This document shows, piece by piece, positions 26,935-35,701 of a stretch of DNA of 64,000 bases. Both the position numbers and the translations under genes were made by a program. The stretch spans positions 1 through 64,000 of the IMG/VR virus record IMGVR_UViG_2898571807_000002, one strand, 5' to 3'. The stretch is from a virus. Taxonomy: Duplodnaviria; Caudoviricetes. The stretch's first letter is position 1. Each line of letters begins with the position of its first letter. A model generated the notes under the pieces. The model saw nothing but the letters and a program-made list of their open reading frames with translations, made no database searches and had not been told where the DNA came from.

Positions 26935-28539
26935 ATGGCCAAGTTCAACCAGACCGGCACCCGTCCCGCGGCATTCAGCCCTGTGAAGACCGAGCAGGTC
27001 CCGTCCGGACGGACGTACGAGGGTGCACCCGGCTACGCCCGCTCTGACGCCCGCTCGGAACTCTTCCTCCTCGCGGTCGCGAACATGGTCGGCGAGGACA
27101 ACTTCTACGAGAAGGCCGTCGACCGGGACGCCCGTTTCCGTGACCTCGTCCACCAGGTCGCCGTCGACGACGTCGAGTGGATGTCCGAGTTCCTGCCGTG
27201 GCTGCGGAGCGAGGCGAACATGCGCTCGGCGCCCGTCGTCGCGGCGCTGGAGGCCGTCCGGGCGCGGCTGGCCGCGGGCCTGTCCGGTGGTAACCGGCAG
27301 CTCGTCGCGAACGTGCTGCAGCGCGCCGACGAGCCTGGCGAGGCGCTCGCCTACTGGACCTCGACCTACGGTCGCGCGGTGCCGAAGCCGGTGAAGCGCG
27401 GCATCGCGGACGCTGTGCAGCGGCTCTACAACGAGCGGTCCCTGCTGAAGTACGACACAGCCACCAAGGGATTCCGGTTCGGTGACGTGATCGACCTCGT
27501 CCACCCGGCGCCGGCGGCGGACAAGCCGTGGCAGGGTGCCCTGTTCGAGCACGCGCTCGACCGGCGTCACGGCCGCGACAGCGAGCCTGCGCTGCCGATG
27601 CTGCTGGCCCGCGAGACGCTCATGGCGGTGCCCGTCGCCGAGCGCCGCGGCGTGCTGCTCGCCGCGGACGGCCCGGAGCGGCTGCGCGCGGCGGGCATCA
27701 CCTGGGAGGCCCTCGCGGGCTGGCTCCAGGGGCCGATGGACTCCGCGGCGTGGGAGGCGGTCATCCCGTCCATGGGGTACATGGCGCTGCTGCGGAACCT
27801 GAGGAACTTCGACGAGGCGGGGGTCTCCGACGAGGTCGCGGAGCGTGTCGCGGCGAGGCTGGCGGATCCGGATGAGGTCGCGCGGTCGCGGCAGTTCCCG
27901 TTCCGGTTCTTCTCCGCGTACCTGGCGGCGCCGTCGCTGCGCTGGGGCCACGCCCTCGACAAGGCGCTCACGGCGGCCACGGCGAACGTCCCGGCGTTCC
28001 TGGGCCGCACCCTCGTCCTGGTCGACACCTCGGCGTCGATGAGTTCCGTGGGCGTCTCGGAGCGGTCGAAGATGACGTACGCGCAGATGGCCGCCCTGTT
28101 CGGCGTCGCCCTCGCCGCTCGCGGCAACGACGTCGACCTCCACGGCTTCGCCACCGGCACCTTCCGTCACGCCGTCCGACGCAGCGCGTCCGTGCTGAAG
28201 GAGGTCGATCGGTTCTGTGGGCGGATCGGCGAGGTCGGGCATGGCACGCAGATCGCCGAGTCGGTCCGAGCGACCTACACCGGGCACGACCGGGTGATCA
28301 TCCTGTCCGACATGCAGACTTTCGGCGGAGGCTGGGCCGGGCCCGTCACCTCTGCGGCCCCGAAGCACGTGCCCATGTACGCCTTTAACCTCGCCGGTTA
28401 CAAGCACGGCGCGATCCCGTCCGGCTCAGACAACCGCCATGAGCTGGGCGGCATGACCGACGCGACGTTCCGGCTTATCCCGCTCCTGGAGGCTGGGCGG
28501 AACGCTGCTTGGCCGTGGGAGGAGCAGGCTGCGGCGTGA
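26935..28539 (+). CDS. Ro60/TROVE-domain RNA-binding protein (Rsr-like) with vWA domain
   Basis: DNFYE, KY..., ITWE, MGYMALLRNLRN, SRQFPFRFFSAY, vWA LVDTSASM, GHGT, IILSDMQ. Confidence 0.93.
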   Translation: MAKFNQTGTRPAAFSPVKTEQVPSGRTYEGAPGYARSDARSELFLLAVANMVGEDNFYEKAVDRDARFRDLVHQVAVDDVEWMSEFLPWLRSEANMRSAPVVAALEAVRARLAAGLSGGNRQLVANVLQRADEPGEALAYWTSTYGRAVPKPVKRGIADAVQRLYNERSLLKYDTATKGFRFGDVIDLVHPAPAADKPWQGALFEHALDRRHGRDSEPALPMLLARETLMAVPVAERRGVLLAADGPERLRAAGITWEALAGWLQGPMDSAAWEAVIPSMGYMALLRNLRNFDEAGVSDEVAERVAARLADPDEVARSRQFPFRFFSAYLAAPSLRWGHALDKALTAATANVPAFLGRTLVLVDTSASMSSVGVSERSKMTYAQMAALFGVALAARGNDVDLHGFATGTFRHAVRRSASVLKEVDRFCGRIGEVGHGTQIAESVRATYTGHDRVIILSDMQTFGGGWAGPVTSAAPKHVPMYAFNLAGYKHGAIPSGSDNRHELGGMTDATFRLIPLLEAGRNAAWPWEEQAAA

Positions 28540-28644
28540 GGAGGTGGGGCCTCGGAGACTTTCTCTGGGGCACCGCTCTTGGCCGTTCGACCTGCCATGA
28601 CCGCATAAGGTCATTGATCGGGCACTCTGCGGCATGTCACGATC

Positions 28645-29460
28645 GTGTGCATGCCCGACGCCACCCCACCCCCCGGAGTCGACACCACCCGCCCCTCCCC
28701 CGCCCGCCTGTACGACTGGGCTCTCGGTGGACGCGACAACTACCAGGTCGACCGAGAAGCGGGCGCCGCCGCGCTCGCAGTCGTGCCGGGGCTCAGGGAG
28801 ACCGCCGTCTACAACCGGGCGTGGTTGAAGCGCGTCGTCCGCTACATGTGCGAGCAGGGCATCCGGCAGTTCATCGACATCGGTTCGGGCCTACCGACTG
28901 CGGAGAACGTCCACCAGGTCGCGCAGCGGCACCACCCGGACGCGCGCGTGGTGTACGTCGACAATGATCCGAGTGTCCACGTGCACGCCAGGGCGCTCCT
29001 GGACGACACGGACCAGGCCGGGCAGACGGCGTTCGTCCTGGCCGATGTCCGCGCCCCGAACACGATCATGGCCACGGCCGAGGTCGACCGGCTGATCGAC
29101 CTGTCCCAACCTGTTGGGCTGATCATCGCGGCCGTGCTGCATTTCGTCGGCGGCAACGATGACCCCGCCGACCTGGTCGCGCGGTTGACCGGGCCGCTCA
29201 GCCCAGGCGGGTACGTCGCAATCTCCCACGCCACCACGGAAGGCGCGTCACCGGAGGCCCTCGCCGCGGTGGATGCGGTGTTCCGGAACGCTTCGGAGTA
29301 CCAGTACGTACGGTCGCGTGACGAGATCGAGCGGATCCTGAACGCCGTGCCCCGCGGGTTGATGATGGACCCGGGGCTCGTCCCGGTGCATGAATGGCGC
29401 CCTGACGAGCGCGTCCCGGAGCCGCCGATGGCGCTGCTCGGTGCCGTGCTGCGCCTCTAG
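28645..29460 (+). CDS. actinobacterial SAM-dependent methyltransferase (Methyltransf_19)
   Basis: PSPARLYDWALGGRDNYQVDR, GIRQFIDIGSGLPT, VVYVDNDP. Confidence 0.9.
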   Translation: MCMPDATPPPGVDTTRPSPARLYDWALGGRDNYQVDREAGAAALAVVPGLRETAVYNRAWLKRVVRYMCEQGIRQFIDIGSGLPTAENVHQVAQRHHPDARVVYVDNDPSVHVHARALLDDTDQAGQTAFVLADVRAPNTIMATAEVDRLIDLSQPVGLIIAAVLHFVGGNDDPADLVARLTGPLSPGGYVAISHATTEGASPEALAAVDAVFRNASEYQYVRSRDEIERILNAVPRGLMMDPGLVPVHEWRPDERVPEPPMALLGAVLRL

Positions 29461-30299
29461 TGGGCCTTTGCCGCGATCTCGGCGAGGCGGCGCCGGGACT
29501 CTTTGACCGGCAACGCTGATGGCAGGATCGCCTCCCACAGGTTGACGAAGGGCGTCACCTGGTTGGGGTCCTCTCTCCAGGTCTCGCCGCCGGCGGAGGG
29601 GATGTAGACGACCTCGGGGTCGATCACGTTCTCGAAACTGAGGTGAGCGAACCCCGGCGGGAGGGGCCTGCGGGCCTCGAACGGGTAAATCGACAGGCGC
29701 ACATTCGGTGAGGAGGCGAGTTTGGCTAGGTGGTCGAGTTGCGCGGCGTGTACGTCGGGGCCGCCGACCTGCTGCCACAGCACTCCCTCTCCGACGACCG
29801 CCCACATGGTGAGCGGGTCTGGCTCTTGGAGGAGCCGCTGCCGCTCGGTCCCCATCGCCGCTGCGGCCTCGCCCCGCGCGGGGTCTTGGTGCAGCGCCCG
29901 CGCGTAGTCGGGTGCCTGGAGAAGCGCCGGGATCTGCACGGGCGCCACGATCCGGATCAGGGACGCCTCCTGCTCAAGGCCGATGTAGATCGATTCGGCT
30001 TCGCTCAGCTTTAGCTTGTGCCTCTCCCACCACCCCCGGTTCCTACCCTCCTCTGCGTAGGTGAGGAGTTCGGCGCGGCGCTGGGGTTCGGCGTCTTCGG
30101 TGACGCCGTACGCGTCGAGGAGCTGCTCGACCAGGTGAAGCTTGGGGAGCTTCCAGTCGTTGCGCTCGATGTGCGTCAAGCTGGACGGCGTCCACCCGAG
30201 TGCGCGGGCGACCTGGTCGGCGGTCTGGCCTGTGCTCTCGCGGAGTCGTAGGAGCTCACGGCTTAGGTGGCGGCGTCGTCCGACGGGGCTGGTTCTCAT
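29457..30299 (-). CDS. XRE HTH plus DUF5753 regulator
   Basis: RRRHLSRELLRLRE..GQTADQVA; IPALLQAPDYA; AVVGEGVL..QVGG. Confidence 0.85.
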   Translation of the reverse strand: MRTSPVGRRRHLSRELLRLRESTGQTADQVARALGWTPSSLTHIERNDWKLPKLHLVEQLLDAYGVTEDAEPQRRAELLTYAEEGRNRGWWERHKLKLSEAESIYIGLEQEASLIRIVAPVQIPALLQAPDYARALHQDPARGEAAAAMGTERQRLLQEPDPLTMWAVVGEGVLWQQVGGPDVHAAQLDHLAKLASSPNVRLSIYPFEARRPLPPGFAHLSFENVIDPEVVYIPSAGGETWREDPNQVTPFVNLWEAILPSALPVKESRRRLAEIAAKAH

Positions 30300-30538
30300 G
30301 GCGGGGCCCCGAATCGTAGGTCTTTTCCTGCTGCGATCTTCAGTCTGGTGCAGGTTATAACCCCACACAAGACCGGGTTTTGAGTCTTGCAAAAAGTCAA
30401 TCGGAGTGGGAGCGTGTCCTGCACGTGCACGGATGTTGCTTGACTCGTCAATAGTGGACAGCAGGTCGCGCTACCAGGCGGCCCTTGACTCAGTCGGACT
30501 CCTCGTGCACATAAGGAGCCCGACCGGAGAGCCAGGCG

Positions 30539-30970
30539 TCACTCCTCGCCTGGAACCTCCCCCTCGACCTCATCGGCAGGGAACACCCGATCCGGGTCCC
30601 CCTCATGGGACACCACCAACAGGAGGGTCCCCTCCAGGTAGCCGTACCGCTCTTGGTCGTCCTTGCTTGCCGACCTAGCGCGAATTCTGTCGCCTGCTTT
30701 GAGCTTCACCACGATCGCCTCCCCGCGCTCGCGGACCCTCCACGGCATGCCCCGCACGGATTCGACGTGGCCCTCAATGCGGAGTACCGCCAGAGCACGG
30801 CGGACGGTGGCCAGGCTGGTCTCGTACTCGTGGCCAAGGTCGGCTTCACTGGGTAGATTCCGGCCAGGCTCCCACTCCCCCGCGACGATCCGCCCTCGGA
30901 GAATGTCAGCAAGTTGCCGATATCTGGCCCGGTCAGATGTGAAGTCGATGCTCCGTTGCATGTGGGGCAC
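30539..30970 (-). CDS. small GntR winged-HTH regulator
   Basis: YRQLADILRGRI...LPSEADLGHEY..SLATVRRAL; CCTAGGATCCTAGG palindrome upstream at 31013-31026. Confidence 0.85.
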   Translation of the reverse strand: MPHMQRSIDFTSDRARYRQLADILRGRIVAGEWEPGRNLPSEADLGHEYETSLATVRRALAVLRIEGHVESVRGMPWRVRERGEAIVVKLKAGDRIRARSASKDDQERYGYLEGTLLLVVSHEGDPDRVFPADEVEGEVPGEE

Positions 30971-31064
30971 CGTATGGAGGCCCAGACACCTCTCAGCCTA
31001 GAGTCCTCACCGCCTAGGATCCTAGGTACAGCGTGCCCTCCTTGGACTGGACAGGGCACAGAGA

Positions 31065-31094
31065 GGCCCCCGGCCATCACCGTGGTCGGGGGCC
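31065..31094. terminator. GC hairpin downstream of the DUF397 gene
   Basis: GGCCCCCGGCCA...TGGTCGGGGGCC. Confidence 0.55.
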
Positions 31095-31107
31095 CCTCCT
31101 CTTCAGA

Positions 31108-31296
31108 TCAGCGCGCGGCGTCGAGGAAGGCTCGCCACTCTGCCGGAGTGAACACCAGCGCCGAGCCTGCGGGGTCTTCCGAGTCCCGGACCGCGACGAC
31201 GCCGGGAAGGTTACGGGCGACTTCGACGCACGTGTCGGCGTCCTTGCTGTGGATGCTCTTGCGCCATTGAGCGTGGGACAAGTCTGGACTGGACAT
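31108..31296 (-). CDS. DUF397 protein
   Basis: WRKSIHS...CVEVA...VAVRDS. Confidence 0.92.
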   Translation of the reverse strand: MSSPDLSHAQWRKSIHSKDADTCVEVARNLPGVVAVRDSEDPAGSALVFTPAEWRAFLDAAR

Positions 31297-31306
31297 GGAC
31301 TGGACC

Positions 31307-32149
31307 TCACATGGATCGAGCGACCGCCTTGATCAGCTCAGCGGACGCATCGCTGTCGAGTGCCTGCTTATGCAGGGACTCGAACCTCACATTACAGTCC
31401 GCGACTGTTTGGGGACTTTCCAGATAAACCACGCCGTGGACACCCTCCACGTAGGCAACGTCCGGGTCAGGGGCGGGGAATTTCAACACGATGAACATGC
31501 CTTCGAGCCCGGCGTGCGCACCGGACGCGGTCTCCAGGATCTGAAGTGTCACGTTCGGGCGGTGTGCCTCGCTGACGAGCCGGTACAACTGGTCACGCAT
31601 CACATCCGGGCCGCCGACAGGGTTGTGGAGGATCTGCTCGCTGAGCACGACGTGCAGACTCGCTGGGCTGCTCGGACGAGTCAGGAGCAACTGGCGTTGG
31701 ACCCGCGCGCGCACCCGGCGTTCGACATCCTCATCATCGGTGTGCGCGATCCGCATGATCTCAGTCGCATACTCCGGGGTCTGGAGCAGGCCAGGAACGA
31801 CCTGCGGCGCCCAGCCGAGCACGGTGTGGGCGGCATCTTCGAGCGCGACGTAAGGGCCGTGAAGGACGTCGGTGTAGTCGTTCCACCAGCCGCGCCGGTC
31901 GACCTCGCGTGCGAGTGCGAGGAGTTCGTCGCGCTGCGGGCGCCGAACCCCGTAGAGGTCGAGGAGCAATTCGACGTCGCGCTCGGAGGGGCGATTGCGG
32001 CCGGATTCGATGTGGGAGACCTTGCCTTGGCTCCAGCCGAGGCTGGCTGCGGCGGCGCCGACTCGGATGTCAGCGGCCTCGCGGGCTTCTCGGAGTCGGC
32101 GTCCAAGGCTGCGGGCTCTGACGGACGGGATGTATGGCGGGGATGTCAT
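31307..32149 (-). CDS. XRE HTH plus DUF5753 regulator (DUF397 partner)
   Basis: LGRRLREARE; VPGLLQTPEYA; VAYVEG. Confidence 0.9.
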   Translation of the reverse strand: MTSPPYIPSVRARSLGRRLREAREAADIRVGAAAASLGWSQGKVSHIESGRNRPSERDVELLLDLYGVRRPQRDELLALAREVDRRGWWNDYTDVLHGPYVALEDAAHTVLGWAPQVVPGLLQTPEYATEIMRIAHTDDEDVERRVRARVQRQLLLTRPSSPASLHVVLSEQILHNPVGGPDVMRDQLYRLVSEAHRPNVTLQILETASGAHAGLEGMFIVLKFPAPDPDVAYVEGVHGVVYLESPQTVADCNVRFESLHKQALDSDASAELIKAVARSM

Positions 32150-32281
32150 GGTTCCAGTGTTCCTGTGCTGGTCGTTACTGCGGAGATAGATGGCCGTAAT
32201 CAGCCAAGGTCATCGCTAATGATTCCTTGCATTCCGTAATGATTACGGTAGAGACTGCTTGCACGACACGTCCACTCACAG

Positions 32282-32728
32282 GTGGTGATCCTCGGTGGTT
32301 ACGGACCGGGCTTCGACGGCACACCGCGACGACCACCCGTCGACGTGACCACCACCATGGACCTCGCGATCGCTCCCCTACAGATCACCTCGGCCGCGAA
32401 GGTCCCCGCCGCCCGCCGCAAGATCCGGAACTTCGCCGCCTCCGTCGTCAGCGCCGACGCAGCAGACGACGTCGAGCTGATGGTGTCCGAGGCGATGGCC
32501 AACGCGCTCATCCATGGTCTCGGCGGCGCCCTCGTCACGGTCATCGTGACCGAAAAGGCCCTGCGAGTGGAGGTCCGTGACCACGGCCCAGGATTCATCA
32601 TCGCTGGCCGTGTCGATCACGGGCGCGGGCTCGCGATCATCAATGCGCTCGCCCCGCGGTGGAAATCCGACGCCGACGAGCGTGGAACGTGCCTGTGGTT
32701 CGAGGTCGACCGGGAGGTTGGCCTGTGA
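32282..32728 (+). CDS. HATPase_c anti-sigma-like ATP-binding protein
   Basis: ELMVSEAMANALIHG, VEVRDHG, GRGL, CLWFE. Confidence 0.85.
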   Translation: MVILGGYGPGFDGTPRRPPVDVTTTMDLAIAPLQITSAAKVPAARRKIRNFAASVVSADAADDVELMVSEAMANALIHGLGGALVTVIVTEKALRVEVRDHGPGFIIAGRVDHGRGLAIINALAPRWKSDADERGTCLWFEVDREVGL

Positions 32729-32993
32729 GCGTGGACGCGCCTCACACCCCGTGCAGCACCCTGCTCGGGGCGCGTCCACCCCTGGGGGGGAGGGTGCGTG
32801 GCCGGGCGCGAAGCCGCCCTGCAGCCCGGTCACGCATCCCCTCAGCACAAAGTGTGGGGGCGTCCCCGCGCCCTCCGTGGGACCGGAACGGTCCCGTGGT
32901 AACGCCCCGGCCGGGTCACGGCAGTGCCAGCTTCGACCCGGCCGGGGCCCACATCTTCAGCCAGCGCCGCGCCAATGACAAGAGGCGATCTGC

Positions 32994-33404
32994 TCAGGGC
33001 CAGTGCCTAGGTGAGGCGACGAACCCGATCGACTCGGCCCGACTAAACGCGGGCCCGCCACCTTCCCGCCGCTCCCGACCAACCGGGATCCACTGCTGCA
33101 CCACGTCCTCGTCCGCACCTGCCTCGCGGAGAAGGTCCGCAGCGATCAGGTGATGCTCGGGGTGCGAGTCAGGCGCAAACCCGATCAGGATCCCGGCGAC
33201 CTCACCGAGCAGATCGACCCGGAACTCCTCGGCCGGAGGATGCAGCGAGCCACGCCGTGGCTTTGCCCGGACGGTCGCGATCTCCCGCAGCTCCGCGACC
33301 CTCTTCTTCCGCTCGTCTTCGGTGGGCGTCCGCCCTCCGTGCCGAGTCGCTACAGCGAACAGACTCGCCGTGATTAGCCGGTCCGGGTCTTGGTGATGCG
33401 CCAT
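32994..33404 (-). CDS. hypothetical protein
   Basis: DLLGEVAGILIG...LLREAGAD...WIPVGRER; start uncertain. Confidence 0.55.
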   Translation of the reverse strand: MAHHQDPDRLITASLFAVATRHGGRTPTEDERKKRVAELREIATVRAKPRRGSLHPPAEEFRVDLLGEVAGILIGFAPDSHPEHHLIAADLLREAGADEDVVQQWIPVGRERREGGGPAFSRAESIGFVASPRHWP

Positions 33405-33610
33405 AGACCGCGAGGCTAGAACAGACATTCGAGATAATCCAGCAAGAGTGCGGCTGAGCAGGGCAAGAGGCGCGAAGATGTCCATGACTGGCACGGTAGA
33501 CGGCGACCTGTGCTCAGCACGGCCGAGCGCCAACCTGTGGATAACACGGTGAAAGACTGCCGCCGCTATGAAGACGTGGGGCTGCCGAGTGGACGCGAGA
33601 TCCTCTTCCA

Positions 33611-33823
33611 GGTCTCCTCGTCCCTGCAGGGGTTCGCAACTGCGAGAACGCTAGGCATGACCCCGGTGCCATCCTCTCCTGCGAGGGTTCGTAACAGGTT
33701 GTGCCCGTGGTCGGGCCACCGCGCTACCTCGTCCTCATCGCCCCTACGAGGGTTCGCAACTCACCGCCCGGCTTGCCCCGCCGTCCCAGAGCAGATCCTC
33801 ATCGGCTCTACAGGGTTCACAAC
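33611..33823 (+). CRISPR. degenerate mini-CRISPR array, 4 repeats and 3 spacers, no cas genes
   Basis: GTCCTCATCGCCCCTACGAGGGTTCGCAAC at 33731-33760; variants at 33611-33640, 33666-33695 and 33795-33823; spacers of 25, 35 and 34 nt. Confidence 0.75.
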
Positions 33824-33940
33824 GACCAGAGCGGGAGCAGCAGCGGGGCGACACCCGTGGTTCCGCAAACACGACAAAAACGCCCTGCCTCCATTCGCCG
33901 AAGCGAAGGAGACAGGGCGTTCGCATGCCGGTCGGGCCTA

Positions 33941-34291
33941 CTACGACGAGCCCGCTTTCACCGCCGGAGCGGGCGTCACGTTCTGCCGCAGCAGCAGCGC
34001 CAGCACGATGCTCGCGAACGCGACACTCTGACCGATCTGCTCAGGAGAGAAATCCAGCTTGAACGCGGCGAGCGCGGCCATCACCGAAGCCAGCGCCCCG
34101 GTCAGCGTGGACACCACGATCGGGCGAGTCATCACCGCAGTCACTGCCGCTGCGAGCGCCGTAGTGATCACGGTGACGGCGTCGACCTGCCCGTCAGAGA
34201 ACGGCAGCCCGAACGACACGAGAAGAGCGACAGCAGCGTTGACCACGTAGGCAATCACGGCAGGCTCGGCTCGGAACCCGAGGATCTTCAT
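33941..34291 (-). CDS. holin
   Basis: MKILGFRAEPAVI..., four TM segments, RQNVTP end; at the end of the lysis region. Confidence 0.75.
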   Translation of the reverse strand: MKILGFRAEPAVIAYVVNAAVALLVSFGLPFSDGQVDAVTVITTALAAAVTAVMTRPIVVSTLTGALASVMAALAAFKLDFSPEQIGQSVAFASIVLALLLRQNVTPAPAVKAGSS

Positions 34292-34361
34292 GGGGCATAC
34301 CTCCCGGCATGCTGAAAGGGGCCCGCCGGGCGGCAGGCCGCGCTGGTTAGAGGACCCGCGG

Positions 34362-35231
34362 TTAGAGATCCCGGGTCTGGAGCCACTGCCTCATCGAGCG
34401 AGCCAGCGCCACATCTGCTTCATCAGGGCGAGGAGCCGGTCCAGGAGGGACGGGCCCCGAGTCGGGGTCGGGTCGAAAGGGATTGGCATCACCGGTGAGC
34501 GCGCTCATCGCCTCACCGAGCCCGTATAGGTCCACCCCGAGCGGCGACAGGTTGGTCGTGTCGTTGATCCATTCGGGGACGACGGCGATCCACGCCTCGT
34601 CCACGGCCCGGCGCCACACTGCCCAGGACATGCGGATGACCTGGCCCCACGTCACAACGTCCAGGCCGTCCGCGTCGTAGCCGACCGCGACGACCGCGTG
34701 CCCGCCGAGGGACCGCCCGCCGGTGCGGGTCCAGCCGAGCCCGGCGTTGAAGTCGTCCATGAGTCGCTCGGTCACGGTCATCCCGACGCCGACCGCGCCG
34801 AACGTGTGGATAGCGGTCTTCACCTCGGCGACGTCAGACGGCTCAACCTCGGCGAACGCGAGCGCCTTGTGCCCAGCGATGCCGGTCTTGCGCCAGTCGG
34901 CGTACACGTCCTGGAGGACCGCGCCGCGGTCCGTGTCCGGACGGCCGGGGCGGTAGCCCGACACCCGCGAGTACGCCGCGAGGACGTCGTCGTCCGTCAC
35001 GGTCACGGTCTCGCCGTCGCCGTACGTGCTCGTGTTCTGGATGTTGTGGCTGACCATCGCGGCGGTGCAGTCGCCGATCTCGTCGTTCAAGAACATCGGC
35101 CAGCCGGTGACCTTGGAATACCAGTCCACCGACGCCAGCGGCGCGGGCGCCGCAGTGAGGAACGGACGCAGCTTCAGCCGCGGCTTGGTGCGGACCGGCG
35201 CGAGCCGACCACCCTGAAACGTGACGGGCAA
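34362..35231 (-). CDS. papain-like (C1) cysteine peptidase
   Basis: NDEIGDCTAA, GGHAVVAVGYD, VTWG; TTG start after GGGGG. Confidence 0.75.
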   Translation of the reverse strand: MPVTFQGGRLAPVRTKPRLKLRPFLTAAPAPLASVDWYSKVTGWPMFLNDEIGDCTAAMVSHNIQNTSTYGDGETVTVTDDDVLAAYSRVSGYRPGRPDTDRGAVLQDVYADWRKTGIAGHKALAFAEVEPSDVAEVKTAIHTFGAVGVGMTVTERLMDDFNAGLGWTRTGGRSLGGHAVVAVGYDADGLDVVTWGQVIRMSWAVWRRAVDEAWIAVVPEWINDTTNLSPLGVDLYGLGEAMSALTGDANPFRPDPDSGPVPPGPAPRPDEADVALARSMRQWLQTRDL

Positions 35232-35246
35232 CGTGGCCCCCAAAAC

Positions 35247-35318
35247 GTGAAAGCCCGGCCTGAAGGCCGGGCACTTGAGATCTTGATGGCCGACTTCAAG
35301 TCAGGAGCCGGTTTGTTT
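35247..35318 (-). mobile_element. short IS200/IS605-end-like hairpin element (non-autonomous remnant)
   Basis: Minus strand ends GCCCGGCC-TTCA-GGCCGGGC-TT-TCAC, preceded by a CTTGA...TCAAG hairpin; no transposase nearby. Confidence 0.35.
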
Positions 35319-35386
35319 AGAACCGCAGGTCAGCGCATTTGACGGCCAATTGATAGGCCGCTACTTGTTGCGCCGTGTCATACGGG

Positions 35387-35656
35387 TCAGTCGACGGCGA
35401 GGTCGTACGCCGCGCACGCCAACTCCGCGGCCTCAGCAAGGCGTTCCAACGCGGCGTCTTTCGCCTTACCGGCTGGTAGGCGAACCACCCACTCCATTCC
35501 GATCGCGAGACACGTCCCTCGCACATGCGCGTGCTCGGCAGGCTGCTCCATGTCGGACAGGGCAGCGAACCGGTGCATGACATCGTCGAGGGTGATCGGA
35601 GGGGCCTTCCAAAGAGCGGCCCGTGCGCGGGCCGTGGGAGCTTTCGAGGGGATCAT
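35387..35656 (-). CDS. diverged Acb2/Tad1-like small helical protein
   Basis: DVMHRF...QPAEHAHVR..L...LPAGKAKDAALERLAEA..LA.AA resembles the Acb2-family pattern from memory. Confidence 0.45.
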   Translation of the reverse strand: MIPSKAPTARARAALWKAPPITLDDVMHRFAALSDMEQPAEHAHVRGTCLAIGMEWVVRLPAGKAKDAALERLAEAAELACAAYDLAVD

Positions 35657-35701
35657 CCCAAGATACCGGGCGACACCGACAATCCCCCGCGACCAGCGAG
35701 G

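Noticed and set aside
26662-28407. Long antisense ORFs (also 11090-12892, 44744-46678, 54177-56006, 59801-61564)
   Set aside because: High-GC shadow frames of real genes with no recognisable domains, unlike the antisense ORF inside the intein.
33536-33544. Perfect DnaA box TGTGGATAA upstream of the mini-array
   Set aside because: Single copy; insufficient to call an origin.
33845-33870. Possible fifth CRISPR repeat (...GTGGTTCCGCAAAC)
   Set aside because: Too divergent from the consensus.
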